Shown here: piece by piece, positions 1-11,387 of the stretch
How the letters are laid out: each line of letters starts with the position of its first letter
Numbering within the stretch: position 1 is the stretch's first letter
Origin: Protoeuglena noctilucae
Taxonomy: Eukaryota
Assembly (NCBI GenBank): GCA_958009085.1
Contig: OY253671.1
Location: 1,240,001 to 1,304,000 of the forward strand
Direction: 5' to 3'
Length of the DNA stretch: 64,000 bases
Translations under genes and position numbers: made by a program
Notes under the pieces: model-generated
Database searches by the model: none
What the model saw: the letters and a program-made list of their open reading frames with translations, nothing else
What the model was told of the DNA's origin: nothing

Positions 1-773
1 GCAATCTGCACCTCGGCGGCCGGCCCGCCGTCCTGTGGGCCCGCGCTCTGCGTGGACCCCATCGTCGGCGCTCACGTGAAAGAGCAGCGAGTGGAGGTCG
101 TGCCCCTCGACAAACACGTCCATGTTGGTGAACTTCGGGTCCACGTCCACCGTGCTGAGGGGGATCATGTAGTTGAACATTCCCAGGGCTGCGCCCTCGA
201 AAGCTTCCTCGAGGTTCTCGCCCCATGAGTGAATCTGCACGTCGGCCGTGTGGTCCAGATACTCGAACTTGTAGCCGGGCACCTGCGTGTCGAGACGAGG
301 GGGCGTGCGTGACGCGTGTGCGCTTTCCGTCGTGCAGGAGGGCTGCTTGCCTTTATTGGATGCGCAGCTAGCACCGCGCGGAGACGTCCCTCACGCGAAG
401 CCCACGAGTCTGGGGCACGCCGTTGACCTGTCGTCACCTGGGCCGAGCGGTAGAGCGGCAGCTCTTCCGGGCCGTCTTCCTCTTTATGATCGGTAGTATT
501 GATTCGCGTGGATGCGGCATCGCGGCCATCGGGCTGGCCCTGGGACGCAGCTGGTGCTTCAGCCACCGCTGCGTCCACATCCTCCCCACCGGCGCCGCTC
601 GCCTCGGGTCGGTCTCTCTTCCTGGACCGTCGCTTGCGCTGCAGTGAGAAGTGGCGGTGCGGGCCCTGAGCGCTCGCCGGGGCAGCACAACGGCGCACCG
701 GCGAAGGCAAGGTGCGAGCCTCGGGACTCGCTCGGCATCCACGCGCCTGTGGTAGGGGCTCTGTGTCATCCAT
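1..773 (-). CDS. ZBTB8OS: Archease (tRNA-splicing ligase RtcB cofactor); 3' end runs off the window
   Basis: Minus-strand exon ~76-283 reads YKFEYLDHTADVQIHSWGENLEEAFEGAALGMFNYM...EGHDLHSLLFH, the archease DHTAD signature. It is flanked by a CAG acceptor and a GTGAG donor. The upstream low-complexity exon(s) from ATG 773 are less certain. Confidence 0.88.
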
Positions 774-1076
774 GTTCTCCACGCCAGGTGGTGGCGCTGG
801 GACCCAGCAAAGGTTGAGCAGCAGCCGTGAGCTTTGAGGCACGGCACCCTGCAAGTGCTCGACAGACCCGCAACTCGCTGGTCCGTGAGCCAAACGATTC
901 AAGTGCTTGTACGCGAGACCGTGACAGCGCCTTCTGTGCGTGCTGGTGGCTTTTCTGGCGGTGCACCCCTCTTCCTGCGCCGTACGAGGTGCTGGTTGGG
1001 CCTGCCTGCGCACAAAGCTGCAGCAGTCGCGAGCCATTCAATCTGATTTGCGGAACAGTGCTTCCATCGCTCGCTG

Positions 1077-2176
1077 ATGGCCTGCTCGCTTGCCCTTCTG
1101 CCGTGGCAGGCCCGACCACGATCCAATGTTGGCTCGTGTGCCCGGGCGCTCCATAGGCGATGGGGACCGAAAAATGCTCCGCGCAGCCTCCCCGATGACG
1201 ACAGCAGTCGTGGCAATCGGGGCAGCGAAGCATCCACATCATCTGCGGGCCCCAGCTTGTCCGAGGGGGTCAATGTGTACTGCACTTGGGCCCTGGGGCT
1301 CCTTTTCCTCACCGACCTCACACCCCTGGGGTCCGCCATGGCGTCTTCACCCAGCCCCCTGCTCGCCCTGACCGCCGCTCAGGTCTGCCACAGGCCGCGT
1401 TGAGCCACCTCCCCCGCCACAGCATTGCGTCAGAGCTCCAATCTTCGCCCCTTGCCCGCTGCAGTGGGGCCTCTTCGTGGTACCGACAATGTGGAACAGT
1501 TTCCAGCAGAAGGAGGACCTCAGGGCCGTCTATCGCCTCAAGGGATGCGGGGCTGGGGAGATCACGCGTTCCGCCGCCATTGGCGTAGCTCTCTGGGGAG
1601 CTCTCCAGGTCGCAGAGACGGCCAGACAAGGCGAGTCTGCAAGGGCAGAGCGAGCCAGTGGCCTAAAGTGGCACGTGAAATGTCCGGACTTGTGCCGCGT
1701 CCCTCCCGCAGGCTTCGCGGGTGGCGGGCAGTCCCTCGTCGCCATCCCGACGGACGCAGCAGGGGCCGTCCTGACCGGATCAAGTCTGCCATCTCTGCTC
1801 CTGTGTGCGGGACTCCTGGGACCGCTCGCAGAGGAGCTGCTCTTCCGTGGTTACCTACTCACGGCACTCCAGGTGCGGCCTATTTTATTGGCGCATGTAT
1901 CACCGCCCCACATGCGCCCCACGCCATGCAGGCTTCACGTGCCCTTGCCAGTACGTGCTGTTTTCGCAGACCCGGCTGGGCAAATGGGACGGGGCGGTCG
2001 TGAGCGGTTTCACCTTTGCGCTGCTACACCTCGACCCCGCCAGTTTCCTGCGCTTTACCCTGCTGGGTACGGCGGGGGCCCTTGCTGCGTGGGAGACCGG
2101 GAGCGTCCTGCCTGCGCTCGCCGTGCACGCGGGCCACAACCTCGCCGCCATCGCCTCCCTCGCCGCTGTTCAATGA
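1077..2176 (+). CDS. CPBP/Abi (CAAX protease type II-like) intramembrane metalloprotease, probably organelle-targeted
   Basis: Spliced exons give PLAEELLFRGYL (EExxFR), FALLH and AVHAGHN (HxxxN) motifs plus hydrophobic helices. The N-terminus is Ser/Arg-rich. Stop TGA at 2174-2176. Confidence 0.85.
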
Positions 2177-2336
2177 CTCACTTGATGGCAATTTCAATCA
2201 GGATCCACTCATTGACGAGCAGAGATACATCGGCAGCGGCGGCCATCCCTTTTGCATGAGGGGCGTGTCAGCATGCTGCATGCAGAGGGCGTGTCGACCA
2301 TAACACCGATGCCACCCCACGCCACCCCTGGTCATC

Positions 2337-5300
2337 TCACGAGCCCTGGGACGTCCCCGCCGCTCCCCGCCGCGCCATGGCGACCGAGGGGACGACCGTG
2401 AAGTACTCCTCCATCGCCGCACGGAAGCGCCGCATGTACTGCCCCGGGGACACCACCGTGGGCTCCCGGGCGCTGGCGGCGGCCCCGATGCTGGCGGCCG
2501 TCTTGGCCCAGGTCTCTAGCTGCTTTTCCCAGGTGTACTGGCGCAGGTAGTCAATGATGCCCACCACCAGCTCCCCGCTGTCCTCGTCCACCCCGGCCAG
2601 GAGAGAATAGTCCATGACACCCAGGCTCTCCAGAAAGGCCGTGTCGCGCCACAGCGCGGCCCGCAGCTCGTGCCAGGCGTGGTGCCAGATGTACAGCGGC
2701 TCGGACGCCACTTGCCCCAACAGATTCTCATCCCACAGGACCTGCGTGAGACGGAAACACACATTGTGTTGTCTCTAACACGACCAGCCCAACCGGCAGG
2801 CCCTGCCAGTGGCAGACCCTGCCAACATCCGTGCATCTCTGCACAGTCTCTGCGCTGTGCGGATGAGATAAACCCCCTCGCACCCTCACCTCGATGCCTG
2901 GGCCGTGGCCAAGGGTCGAGGGGTCGCGGTATCGACTCCTCAGGGAGCCCTTGAGGTCGTAGAGGCGAGAGACGTTTCGGTTGTGCAGCACGTTCTCCAT
3001 CACCAGCACGTCGGAGGTGAAGCTCATGCCCTGCACGCGCACCGTGACCTGGAAGAGGCCCAGAATGCGGGCCAGGAACGAGGAACCTGCGGGCGGGGTG
3101 GGTGCGCGGTGGGAAGCTGTGTGCGAGCTTTGACACGCCCACACCCAGCTAGCCCTGGCAGAATGGAGCCTGGCAGGTGTGCAGCCATGAGGTAGTCCGA
3201 CTAGCAAGCCCTGTATGACCGACAACGGAGGCAAACAGGCCACTAACCGCCATCCGCGCTTCGCTCGCCTTGCTTAGGGTCCGCGGCGCCCTGGGCGACG
3301 TACTCGAAGTAGCTGGGCGCGAACTGCAAGAGGCCGTGCTTCTCGACGCGGCTCAGCTCCTTGAGCACCAGTCGCTCGTCCCAGGATCTCGAGAAACCCG
3401 CCCCCGACTTGCCACCCCCGGACGACCACGCGTGGGAGCGACAGAGGGACTCGACGAACGCCGCCTGGGGCCACTGACCCGGACAGGCCAGCTCCCGAAG
3501 CGCCTCGAATTGAAGCGCAAAGTAGGCCTCCACCTGTGGGGGTGGAGAGGCGAGCAGCGTTTGTGGCAACTGCCGAGCAGCGGTCGTGCCAGCAGCAGAG
3601 GGGAGGCACATGCTTGGTACAGGTCTCGCGAGTTTTGCTTCGTCCCATCCTCACGCCCCTCTCGCCTGGAAGGCCCGGCCCACGACCGTGGCAGGGGCGT
3701 CTGCCCCAGTCGCGACGTCTGGCGTCACGATCCCAGTCCCCGCCTCGTCAAAGACATACCGGATGTGCACTGCGACAGAGTAGACGCTAGCACAGTTTGC
3801 TGGGCCTGCCAAGATGCCCTCGCAAGGGACAGGTGCAGGGCTCCACACATCATCATGCGCAGGCCCGTCAGCTTCCCAACATTAAGACCGCCACATGGCC
3901 AGCTCCGCGCCACCCTCACCGGGCGGCGTCTCGACCAGGCACCGCAGCGCTGCCTCGGTGCCCATGCGACCGCCCAGCGGCAGAGCCTGCGGCCGTCCGT
4001 CGGTGTCCGACGCCCCCGCTGCCCCACGGCTCCTCTCCTTCTCCGGTGACGCCGCCTCTGACCGCGTCTCGCACGCGCTCCCCCCATCCTGCCCGCGCCT
4101 CTGCGCCGCGTCGCCCTGACCCGCAAGCGACGGCCACGGCAGCGTCGACAGTCGCTCCTCTTGCACGTCCCACGCACCCTGTCTCCTACGCTGCCGCGAC
4201 CAGTCCTCGGACGCACCACTCACTCCGCTCACCGCGCTCAGCCGGACGCTGCCGGAAGGAGACGGCTCGCCGGGCGCCACCCCCCGTGGGGCGGACAGCG
4301 CGTCGCCCGGCCACCGCTCCACCGAGTGTCCCCGCCGGCCGCGCATGGACCCCGCAGACACGCTCGCGCTCGCCAGCGTCCCCGGCGCGGCCGGGCCCGA
4401 GTTGCGGCCCGTCGGCACTGCGCCCGCGTCCATGGACTGCCCCGCCAGCGACCCAGGGGCAACCCCGGACGGCCCCGCGCGGCCTCCGTTCGACCGCTGC
4501 GCGGCTATGCCCAGGAGGAAGCGGTAGCTGGGGGAGGCGAGCGCGTGGGCCACGACTGCGGTGCAAGACGAGACACACGTTGTTTTCTCATTCGCTGACA
4601 CTATCTTGCACTGAAAACGTTTTGCAAACTCCTCCGCCCTCGCAGCGGCCCTCACCTGAACCGAGGTCTGCCGGGTAAATGGGCACCAGCACGGGGGCGT
4701 TGGGCAACGTGCGCGGCAGCACCCCCGGCAGGTCAACCGTGACCCCATTGGGCAGCTCGATGCGGGTGTGTGAGGCCTCTGCGCTGCCCTGGACTGACGT
4801 GTCACGCTTCAGGCCCATGCCCTTCGCCTCCAGAGTGCCAGGCCGGTTGCTGATGAACGTGTGCGCACCCGGCCTGGCCGCCTTGCCGGGCGCCACCGCC
4901 GCATCCGCCTCACCCAAGCCCCTCTCCGCCCCACGCTCGCTGGCCCTCTCGGACCCCAATGCCACCGCGCTGCCCGCCACCGACCCGTTGCGCGAATGGT
5001 TCGGCCTCGCAGACGACCCTCCTTCGGCAGAGGCCTCCGCCAAGGCAGGCACCCGCTCCCCACGCCGCCCCGCGCCATGACCCTCGCTCACCCGCCCCGC
5101 CTCAGCCACACCCACACTCGAACCCTGGGGCGCAGCCGGGGCGCGCCGTTCCTCCGCCCTCTCCCATCCCAGCTTGTGCTGCATACCAGTCGCGGCGCCC
5201 TCAGCTCTCTTAGCCGTCCCCGCGCCCCCGGTGCCCCACGCATCACCCCTCTCAGCCCGCAACGTCAGACCCCAGCCCCGCCCCCCGCCACCCCGGCCCT

Positions 5301-8300
5301 CGGTCACCTGAGAAACAGCGAGCGGGTGCTGCCACGGCGCCGTCGCCAGCGCAGCCAGCGGTTTGTGCAGTGCATTTGCATCAACCCCCACCGACACGTC
5401 CTGTTGCATGTGACCTGGCGCGCCAGCCACCCCGGCAGCCACGCCCCGGCCGTGCTCGGGAGCGGGGTCGTTGTTGAGCAGCTCTCGCACGCCGCCCTCG
5501 ATGACCGAGACCCCGATCGACTGCTCCATTCGCTGTTCCATCTGCCGCTCCATCTGAGCCCGGTCTTGCTCCCCACCTGCGCCCGCCTCAGCGACTGGCA
5601 CCCACATCCGCCGCAGCTCCGCGGCCAGCGAGGACCGCCGCGGGCCCAGCCGCGGGGTGGCGGCGGGGTGGTGGGCGCTCGCGAGCGCGATGGATGGGGT
5701 GGCGACCGACAGCGACCGGCTGGGCTTGGGCAGCGGCGTCGTGGCGGCTGAGCCCAGCGGGCGCTTGACGTGAAGCTCCGGCGTTAAGGGATCCTCGGTG
5801 GGCGGTGCAGCGGCGTGGGACACATCCGTGTCCGCCTCTGACGCCAACACTGGCAGCGCACTCGACAAGCCGGCGGGCGGTGACTCGGCCAAGCTCATGG
5901 GGAGAGACTTGGCAGCGAGCCGCGACAGGCGCTGGGGCGTCCCTGGGCCGGCTAGCGACGGCGCCGTGGATGACTCTGCTGCCGCTGAAGGTGTGTCGTC
6001 TGCCCGCAGCGACGGGCCCTGCAACGGCATCCCCTCGCTGCTCGCCCGCTGCCCGTCGCTCAGCGGCGTCGCAGGCGGCTCCCGCGCCGTCGCTGCCCCC
6101 CCGCCCTCGTCTGCACCCGTGCCCTCCCCAGCATCGCCACCCTCACTATGCCCCTGCCCACCCCCCGCTTCTCCCAAAAGGCCCCTCCGCTCCACCCTCC
6201 CTCCCTCCACCTCCTGGATCCCATCAACCACCCCTGCCTCCACAGACGCGCCCTCCTCCTCTCCCTCAAGCTCATCCACCCAAGCCCGCACAATGTCCCC
6301 CAGCCAGTACCTCAGGTACCCCACCGCCAGCAACCCCACCCCCCGCGCCGCGTCCCGCAGCTCCCGGCCCTCTCTCTCCGCACCCACCCCACCTCGCCCC
6401 GCCCACAGCGTCGACGCCGTGATGGCGCCGATTGCCTGGTGAAAGGCGTGCTGCTGCTGCTCCAATCTCTCCAAGCGGTCCCGTGCCGTCGTCCCCACGT
6501 AGTCCTCTCCCGGCATGCCGTCCACGCAGGACCGCAGCGCCTCAAATGCCTCAGAGCACGCCCGCAGGAGATCCGTCGCTTCCCCATGCAGCGCGTCCTC
6601 TGCTTTCTTGTCCAGCGGCGTCCCCGCCCCCACCGCCCCCGCCTCCGCCCCTGCCCCGGATAAAGTGCTGCCGTGTCCCAGCACCGCGTGACCCTCCGCG
6701 CGACCTCCGCCCTCGCCAGCGCCCCCGGCACTCAGCTCCCCCGCGCAGGTTCCTGTCGCAGGCACCTCTCCATCGCTGCCACGGTCCCCGACCTCCCGGC
6801 CACTGCCCGCGCTTTCCCTGCTGACTCCGCTCGTCTCCGACGCTGAAGCCGTCGCGCTGCGCTCCTTGGCGCTCCGCTGGTGGCGCCGGTGGTGGCTGCC
6901 CTGCTGCCGCTGACGCCGCTCGTGCCGGCTACCCCCGCCCTCATGGCAGGAGCCACCCTCTCGCCCCGCCCCGTCGCTCGCCGCCTGCCCCACTGCCGCA
7001 GCGCCGCCCGCGCTGTCCCGGGCGGCCAGCCCCAGGCCCGGCAGCCTGACCATCAGTGGTCGTATCCTCGACACATGCAAGCGAAGCACCGTGTCCCCCA
7101 GCCCCAGGTAATGCACGAAACCCCACGCCAGCGGCACGCCGGCCACCTGGACCCCCGTGACGCGCAGCATGGTGTGCAGGAACAGCGCTGTGCTCATCGC
7201 CAGGGTCTGGGGTGACAGGCGGGCCCGGCGGATGGACCTCGCCACCTCCGCCCTGGCGCCCTCGGGCAGGTCGAGGCCATCGGAGGGGCGTACCCACATC
7301 CACACGGCGCGCTCGTCTGCGGCCGGGAGCGCGCGGCCCGGCGGCATGCGCGCCACCGTGATGCTCAGCCGTGCGCACCCGTGCACAAACACCCGCGTGT
7401 GCAGGGCCTGCCCGTCCCCGCACCGCGGGCAGACCGCCGCGGCGTGGTGAGCGCTCGGAAGCAACTGGTCGATGAACTGCGCGGGCGGAGCGACGGGTCA
7501 CAAATCAGCTCGCTGCATCCAATGCACATCACAGCCGCAGGCACTACGCAAGGTAGCAGCCTTGGGGGGCCTGACCAGAGACACCGCCGTAGCAATTGGA
7601 GTTGCGAATTGCATAAACATCTGCGTGAATCGCAAGAGGCTCGCCTGCGACAGTGGCACGTCCTGCCCGGGCGCCCATGGCACGAGCGCCTGGAGGTGGG
7701 GCCGCACGCACACGGTCCCTCGTGAGGGGTTGACCTGCCCAATGGACACCAGGACGGGGTCCACTCGCGGGGCTGCGTCCGCTCCGCCATTCAGGCTCGA
7801 CGCGAGGGGTGCGGGCGCAGGCGCCCACGTCGTGCCAGCACCAGAGCTCGACCCATCGACTGCCGCATCGCCCATCGCCCCAGGGACATCCTCCACCCGA
7901 CACAGCGGCGACCACTCGAGCACGGTGGGTTTGCCTGCGCCCGTCGCCCCGTCCACCAGCAGCTCCAACAAAGGTGTTGCTGGTGCATCAAATGGCTTGC
8001 CCCGCCCTGGGTCGGCCCCCGCAGCAATCGGCCCGTCCGCTGCGCCGTCGCCCGCCCGCGGCTGGCCGTCTGGCTCGGCAGATTCGAGGATTGGGTCCTC
8101 GTCCCACACACGACGCATGCGTGATCCTTGACTGAGACCCTGGGGCGGCCGTGCCGTCTCTGGCGGTGTGATGCGCTCCACGTTGTGCCTGCGAGGGTGC
8201 CAAGCGTTAAGTCGCACCTCGCAAAGACCAGCGCCGACCAGTGCCTATTAATATAACAGCTGTTCTGCTCGCCCCGCAGCCCTGAAGCGCACTCGCCCTT

Positions 8301-11002
8301 TGGGTGTCACCAGGGCCGCCTCAACCGCGTCTGTGGGTCCATACCAAGCGGCGAACCCCGGGAACCCCGCCAGCACGTCATCGACTGTGATGTCGTCTCC
8401 CTCAAAAGCAGGAGGGTCGGCTTCATTCTGTGCCAGGTGCAGCATTGGCACTGCACTGGCGCTGGGGCGGCTGCCTGCAGCAGAGGGCCGCGGGGCGCCC
8501 GGGTGCGCCAGAGGGCCGGAGGAGGTCTCCGGTGTCGAAAGCGGGTCCGGCGACGGGGCCCTTGAGTGGTCCCCGAGGACGGGCGGCTGGCAGTGGGGAC
8601 CGTGGTTGTGGTTGTTGCTGGCGATCGAGGTCGCCGACATGCTGCTGCACACGCGGCTGTGCGCGCGGCGGGCGTCCGTGGCCGGCGACGGAGCGCGGGC
8701 GTCCGTGGACCTCGCGAGGGAGTTGGGCCGGGACGGGCGACTGGGCATGGCTGGGGCGGGGCTCGCGGGGCACGGCGGGGGCGACGCCGAGGGCCTGCAC
8801 GGACAGAGTGGACGCGTGCGTTAGGGCTGGCAGACGCGGGAACAGTACTCCAAAACAGGACCAGAACATATTGACCCTCACCGGGACGTGACTGCCGCGA
8901 GGGTTTGCGCGACGGGCAGAGCTACGGCGATGCGGTCGGCGAGCAGGGACATCTGCTGCCGCGCGCACGAGGCAAGGACGGCCCCCTGCGCGCCGCACGC
9001 CCGCAACCGCTCCTGGCGCCCCATGTCACCCTCTCCGCACAGGACCACGGTGCACCCGCGGCCCTCAATGCAGCCGTCGAACACCATCAGCGGAGGCTCG
9101 TGCCGCTGCCGCGAGTCGGGCCCCTGCCCGCCATGCTGGCTGCCCTCGGTTTGCGACCCCCGGTGCCCCAGCCCCGGCTGTGCGAGCAGGTGGAACCTCG
9201 CGCACCGCCCCACGCACCGCGGGTGCACCGCGTCCACGGATGCCGCCACGGCGCCCCCCGTGAGCCACGCGACGCGCTCGAGCTGCCGCTGCGACAGCCC
9301 CAGTGCCACCGCCACCCCGTGCTCCCTCAGCAGGTCCTGGGCGGCACGAGCCACGGATTTCTCCACTAGGAGGACATGCGGGTCGCACCCCAGCACCTTG
9401 GCCACCATGAGGCTCAGGTACTGCGACTCTTGCTCAATCAGCGTGTCGATCGAGGACAGGCGCGCCTCCGTGCGGTGGTACTCGATGCCGCCCATCAAGC
9501 AGAGGACCCTGGGGGCACAGCGAGCCGCGTGTTTCGCACCTGCGCACCAAAGGCACTGGCATGGCATGCGCATGCTGGGGCCACCCGTGCGCTGTGGTCT
9601 GCCCTCACCTCGGCGCTACAATGCTGCGAGCCATGCGGCGGTGCGTGAGGTCCTTCTCGAGTATCGCGGCCGGCAGGACCTGGGAGTCTGCCATGCCCTG
9701 GCGAGACAGAAGCGGGCCGGCGTCAGTCGCTGCCAAAGGCGGCACGACCCGCACGTCAATGTACTCGGTGGGGTGCTGGGGCCTTCCAGGAGGGACCAGG
9801 CTCGGCTCGAAAGACCCCGCGGCCTCCCACACCAGCCTGTGGGGCAGGGCACACGACGTGTCCACGTTACGGCGAGCAGCCCCGCCTGCGGCCTATGGTG
9901 CATCTGCCCGGCCACCGCACGGGTACATCGGCGGCAGGTATTGTCATGCGGGTCTCGTCACCTCGTCACCACCGGGCTCCAGAGGTCCGCCGTGGCGTCG
10001 TCGAGGCGGGCGGAGGCAAACACGTGGCGCATGACGCTCTGCAGGTGCTCCAGGTGCACCGACTCGAGCGACTCGCGGGCCATGGACAGCGTGGGATCCA
10101 AGCCCGCCGCGGCGGCCTGCAGATAGGAGGGGAGGTCGCTGTGTTCGTCAAAAGCCCCGAGGTTGACGTGCATGGCCACTTTGCAGGCCCTCTGTTCCAG
10201 CGCGGCACCCCAAGCCGGCACAACATGGTTTTAGGAGTAACAAGGCATGCATTCGAGTACTGGAGTCGCTGCAGAGACCCACCCGCGTCGGAAGCTGCGG
10301 CGTCACGTCCTCACGTCCCGCGAGGCCGCCGGGGGATGCCGGTGCGAGCTGCGGGAGGCTGCGGGCCGCTGCAGCAGGAACACCGCTGCTCTTTGCGGAC
10401 GCCCACGCGGGCTTCGCGCGGCCGGCTGTGCCGGGACTGCGCAGGGAGCGAGCCGGGGAGGCCAGGCCGCGCTGCCAGGGCGCGCTGGGGAGGCCAGGGT
10501 CCCGCGCGGGGCTGGCGTGCACGCTCGCTCGTGGCGTGGCTTGCGGCGAAGACGTCGTCGTGCTGTCCGGGCCGACCATCGGCGGTGCAGGGGGCTGCTG
10601 CAGGACGGAGCAGAAGTTGCACACGCGGGTGGGGTTCGCCGCGCCGGGAAGGGAGATGAAGCGCGTGCATCGAGCACAGAAGATGCGTCCGCAGATCCTG
10701 CGGGCTCGTGGCGGTGCTGGTTCGCGCGTCGCGCTCAGAGGAGTGCGGGCAGGGTTCGGATCCCTCCCCACCGAAAAAGCTCCCACGAAGCGCCTGTGAA
10801 ACCAAGCGACATCCTCTCGAAGGCACGAGGACCGAGGGTAACGCTCGCACGGCCCTCACCGGCAGTGGTGGCGCCGGACGACCAGGGAGAAGGGCGTGTC
10901 GCACTCATAGCACACTCTTGCGGCGCTGTCGCTGACCCAGAAGGATTTCTCTTGATTCCCCCGCGACCCTCCCGACACAAACGCGACGATGCGCTCAAAC
11001 AT
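2337..11002 (-). CDS. FAB1: 1-phosphatidylinositol-3-phosphate 5-kinase FAB1/PIKfyve
   Basis: N-terminal FYVE finger (WVSDSAARVCYECDTPFSLVVRRHHCR|ICGRIFCARC, ~10600-10950). Cpn60/TCP-1-like domain (KDLTHRRM, RLSSIDTLIEQE, LLVEKSVARAAQDLL, GCTVVLCG). C-terminal PIP-kinase domain (GGKSG, VMENVL, YDLKGSLRSR, DTAFLESLGVMDYSLLAG, GIIDYLRQYTWEKQLETWAK). Includes a large low-complexity central exon. Confidence 0.96.
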
Positions 11003-11387
11003 GGTGGCCGCTTAGCATTCTCGCCATGGTCGCACGACGGGCCCACACACTCTCAGCGCGGGACCGCGAAGGGGGCGACAGGGATTCCGGCAAAGACCTA
11101 GCCCGGATCCCTGCAGCTGTTTAGACGGCAGGGCGCGCCAAGAACCCGGTCAAGCTGTCCCTCGCTGGCGCACACAAGCGCAAGACAGCCTGGCGCTCTC
11201 GCGTTGGCGAGAGGGGATGTGCGCAGCATCGTACCGCCACGAAACCATTTTGCAACCCAGGCAGCTGCGGCATCTTCCTTCGGGCCGCTTGGCCCTTGGT
11301 CCGAGTCTCGGACACGTCCCGTCCCTGTGGCGCATCGCGCCGTCGATTGGTGCCAAGGGGCACTGAGTCATCGCTTTGAGAGCAAAC

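Noticed and set aside
4588..7476. Very large low-complexity exon as a possible separate gene or insertion
   Set aside because: It begins with conserved FAB1 sequence (FIDQLL...C..C...H...FVH) and lies between the TCP-1-like and kinase domains. FAB1 proteins commonly have long disordered linkers.
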